A stretch of DNA of 43,009 nt from Candidatus Nanosyncoccaceae bacterium. GTDB taxonomy: Bacteria; Patescibacteriota; Saccharimonadia; Saccharimonadales; Saccharimonadaceae. Below are positions 41,796-43,009 of this stretch, piece by piece. The stretch spans positions 1-43,009 of the forward strand of contig JAZQSO010000031.1 in assembly GCA_045630145.1 (NCBI GenBank). Reading direction: 5' to 3'. Position numbers and translations under genes: made by a program. Under the pieces are notes generated by a model. The model did no database searches, was not told the DNA's origin, and saw only the letters and a list, made by a program, of their open reading frames with translations. How positions within the stretch are numbered: the stretch's first letter is position 1; each line of letters begins with the position of its first letter.

Positions 41796-41827
41796 CCCCC
41801 GCATCTTATCGTGCGGGGGATTTTCTT
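41796..41827 (+). terminator. Intrinsic terminator after orphan gene 2
   Basis: CCCCCGCA-8 nt-TGCGGGGG followed by ATTTTCTT. Confidence 0.8.
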
Positions 41828-41854
41828 GACTTTTTATCTTGTTTATGCTATAAT
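41826..41854 (+). promoter_or_regulatory. Promoter TTGACT-17 nt-(TGc)TATAAT
   Basis: Coordinates 41826-41831 and 41849-41854, with an extended -10 TG at 41846-41847. Confidence 0.8.
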
Positions 41855-41946
41855 AATCTTACAGTTTATTTTTGCAACTTGTTCTTTTCCATCTCAGTTA
41901 TGCAACGATAGACGAGTTTTATTACTTCCGAAAGGAAAGATGTCCT

Positions 41947-42627
41947 ATGTTAAAGTACGATCTTGCCTACCGCGAATCCTTCACTAGCCACAAGACAACC
42001 TTCGTCCAGCTCAGAAAGAGACTCGACTTCCTCGCCACCAGGGCTTCCAAGTCCATGGAGCTGAGAAGCCTGTTTCGCGCTATGGCTCAGTATCTGGACG
42101 AGGATGAAAGAAGCTTCAACGAGTACGATGTGAACCCCCTCCACGAGCCTATCTTTATTAGTTATGAAAGTCTCGGTTACCGCCCCTTCGTTATCAGGGA
42201 CTGCGATACCAAGACGATCATTACTAAGGCTCAGGAGATCTTTCACGACGTCCTCCCGAATCTTCTTGCCGACAAGTATTCCAACGGCAGCACACGCGAC
42301 TACTACGAGACCATCGCCACTGCAATGTATCACCTGTTCTCCAAGAACAGTAAGGCTTACAACGTCAATCTGAACTTCAACGAAGAATGGAATGACGGAA
42401 GAAGCTATGATTATTACGGCAAGATGGCAACGCTCAGTGAATTTTTCGAGGCTTTCCGCGATGAATACCTGAAGGTAGACAAAAAGCTTGAGCAGCGCAA
42501 TGCAAGAATCGAGAGAAGCAACCGCTACTCCGATGACAGCACTTTCGACACTAACCCCGTTGAATCCGCTCTTGGCTCCCTCGGCCTGAACAGACGCGAT
42601 GCGCACTTCGTTGACTCCAATGACTGA
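41947..42627 (+). CDS. Orphan protein 3 of the tandem triplet (226 aa)
   Basis: AAAGGAAAG at 41931-41939 precedes ATG 41947. Promoter at 41826-41854, terminator at 42634-42662. Confidence 0.65.
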   Translation: MLKYDLAYRESFTSHKTTFVQLRKRLDFLATRASKSMELRSLFRAMAQYLDEDERSFNEYDVNPLHEPIFISYESLGYRPFVIRDCDTKTIITKAQEIFHDVLPNLLADKYSNGSTRDYYETIATAMYHLFSKNSKAYNVNLNFNEEWNDGRSYDYYGKMATLSEFFEAFRDEYLKVDKKLEQRNARIERSNRYSDDSTFDTNPVESALGSLGLNRRDAHFVDSND

Positions 42628-42633
42628 GATCAG

Positions 42634-42662
42634 GCCCCCGCACCACAAGCGGGGGCTTTTTC
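42634..42662 (+). terminator. Intrinsic terminator after orphan gene 3
   Basis: GCCCCCGC-accacaa-GCGGGGGC followed by TTTTT. Confidence 0.85.
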
Positions 42663-42675
42663 TTGCTCTTTGCGC

Positions 42676-42681
42676 TACAAT
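42676..42681 (+). promoter_or_regulatory. -10 box TACAAT 6 nt upstream of the priA ATG
   Basis: TACAAT-atctct-ATG(42688). No SD and no properly spaced -35. Confidence 0.5.
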
Positions 42682-42687
42682 ATCTCT

Positions 42688-43009
42688 ATGAATTACTATC
42701 TGATAGCGCCAGCTCTAACTTTTCATAACTCAGATAGTCTACTGACCTATGAATCCGAGCAAAAGCTTAATGTCGGACAAATCGTCACAATTCCCCTTGG
42801 CAAGAAAACCGCCATCGGTATCGTAATGCAAAGTTGTCCTAAGCCAGAATTCGCGACGAAGCCAATTGTAAATGTTTTATACAATGAAACTCTCCCCTTA
42901 AAGCTCACCAAAGCCCTCAGTTGGCTTGCCGATTATTATCGGGCACCTATGTCTAGTGTTATTCAGGCTGCCTTGCCACGCGGTATCACCAAGAAACGCC
43001 GCGACAAAG
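42688..43009 (+). CDS. priA: Primosomal protein N' (PriA helicase), N-terminal fragment running off the window
   Basis: My own translation is MNYYLIAPALTFHNSDSLLTYESEQKLNVGQIVTIPLGKKTAIGIVM...LSWLADYYRAPMSSVIQAALP. The V.IPLG.K...G.V and W.A.YY..P......ALP patterns are typical of PriA. This ORF is not in the supplied track because no stop codon lies within the window. Confidence 0.75.
   Translation, partial: MNYYLIAPALTFHNSDSLLTYESEQKLNVGQIVTIPLGKKTAIGIVMQSCPKPEFATKPIVNVLYNETLPLKLTKALSWLADYYRAPMSSVIQAALPRGITKKRRDK

Noticed and set aside
41204-42648. Long minus-strand ORFs (195 aa and 232 aa) opposite orphan genes 2 and 3.
   Set aside because: The promoters, SDs and terminators all lie on the plus strand. 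The minus-strand products are V/G/L/A-rich, like antisense frames, and lack start signals.
1-43009. Mobile elements, prophage or integrative islands.
   Set aside because: No transposase, integrase, recombinase or phage structural ORFs were found in any frame. No long terminal inverted or direct repeats bracket the orphan regions, apart from the short reused terminator module reported above.

Overview
This 43-kb window is a gene-dense stretch of a streamlined bacterial chromosome. I call about 45 CDS. I found no rRNA or tRNA genes, no CRISPR array and no transposase, integrase or phage genes. The backbone is housekeeping: xth, rel, glyQS, recO, xseAB, rpmA, mutM, rseP, uppS, rplU, ileS, nrdR, ftsZ, ftsA, map, adk, rpsU, recJ and the 5' end of priA. 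Almost all of these lie on the minus strand. The gene content, the small truncated enzymes and the many surface proteins suggest a reduced-genome, Gram-positive-like or CPR/Saccharibacteria-like organism, but that is inference only. Orphan genes and envelope genes are interspersed with the backbone. Points most worth follow-up:
1. Three tandem orphan genes at 40.1-42.6 kb each carry their own near-consensus promoter, structured leader, strong SD and terminator. They look like divergent paralogs, and they reuse a terminator/junction module.
2. There are two styles of gene wiring. Housekeeping operon heads show TATAAT-N6(-9)-ATG with no SD, which implies leaderless mRNAs. Orphan and accessory genes have full -35/-10 promoters, leaders of roughly 50-100 nt and AGGAGG-type SDs.
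3. NrdR has lost all four zinc-ribbon cysteines. It sits next to an NrdH/glutaredoxin-like protein that has lost its CxxC motif.
4. A T-box-like leader with mutually exclusive antiterminator and terminator helices precedes ileS.
5. A palindromic duplication surrounds the ftsAZ-operon terminator and includes a frameshifted copy of a gene 3' end.
6. A 470-bp noncoding region carries degenerate ~58-bp tandem repeats and a perfect 18-bp inverted repeat.
7. Two adjacent hairpins upstream of rplU have unrelated stems but the same 9-nt loop core.
8. There is a cluster of large surface proteins: a Cna-B adhesin, a DUF11 protein with a YPHTG motif, and a bitopic protein with a (PDT)n repeat.
All calls come from reading the sequence and the ORF track. 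No database search was run.
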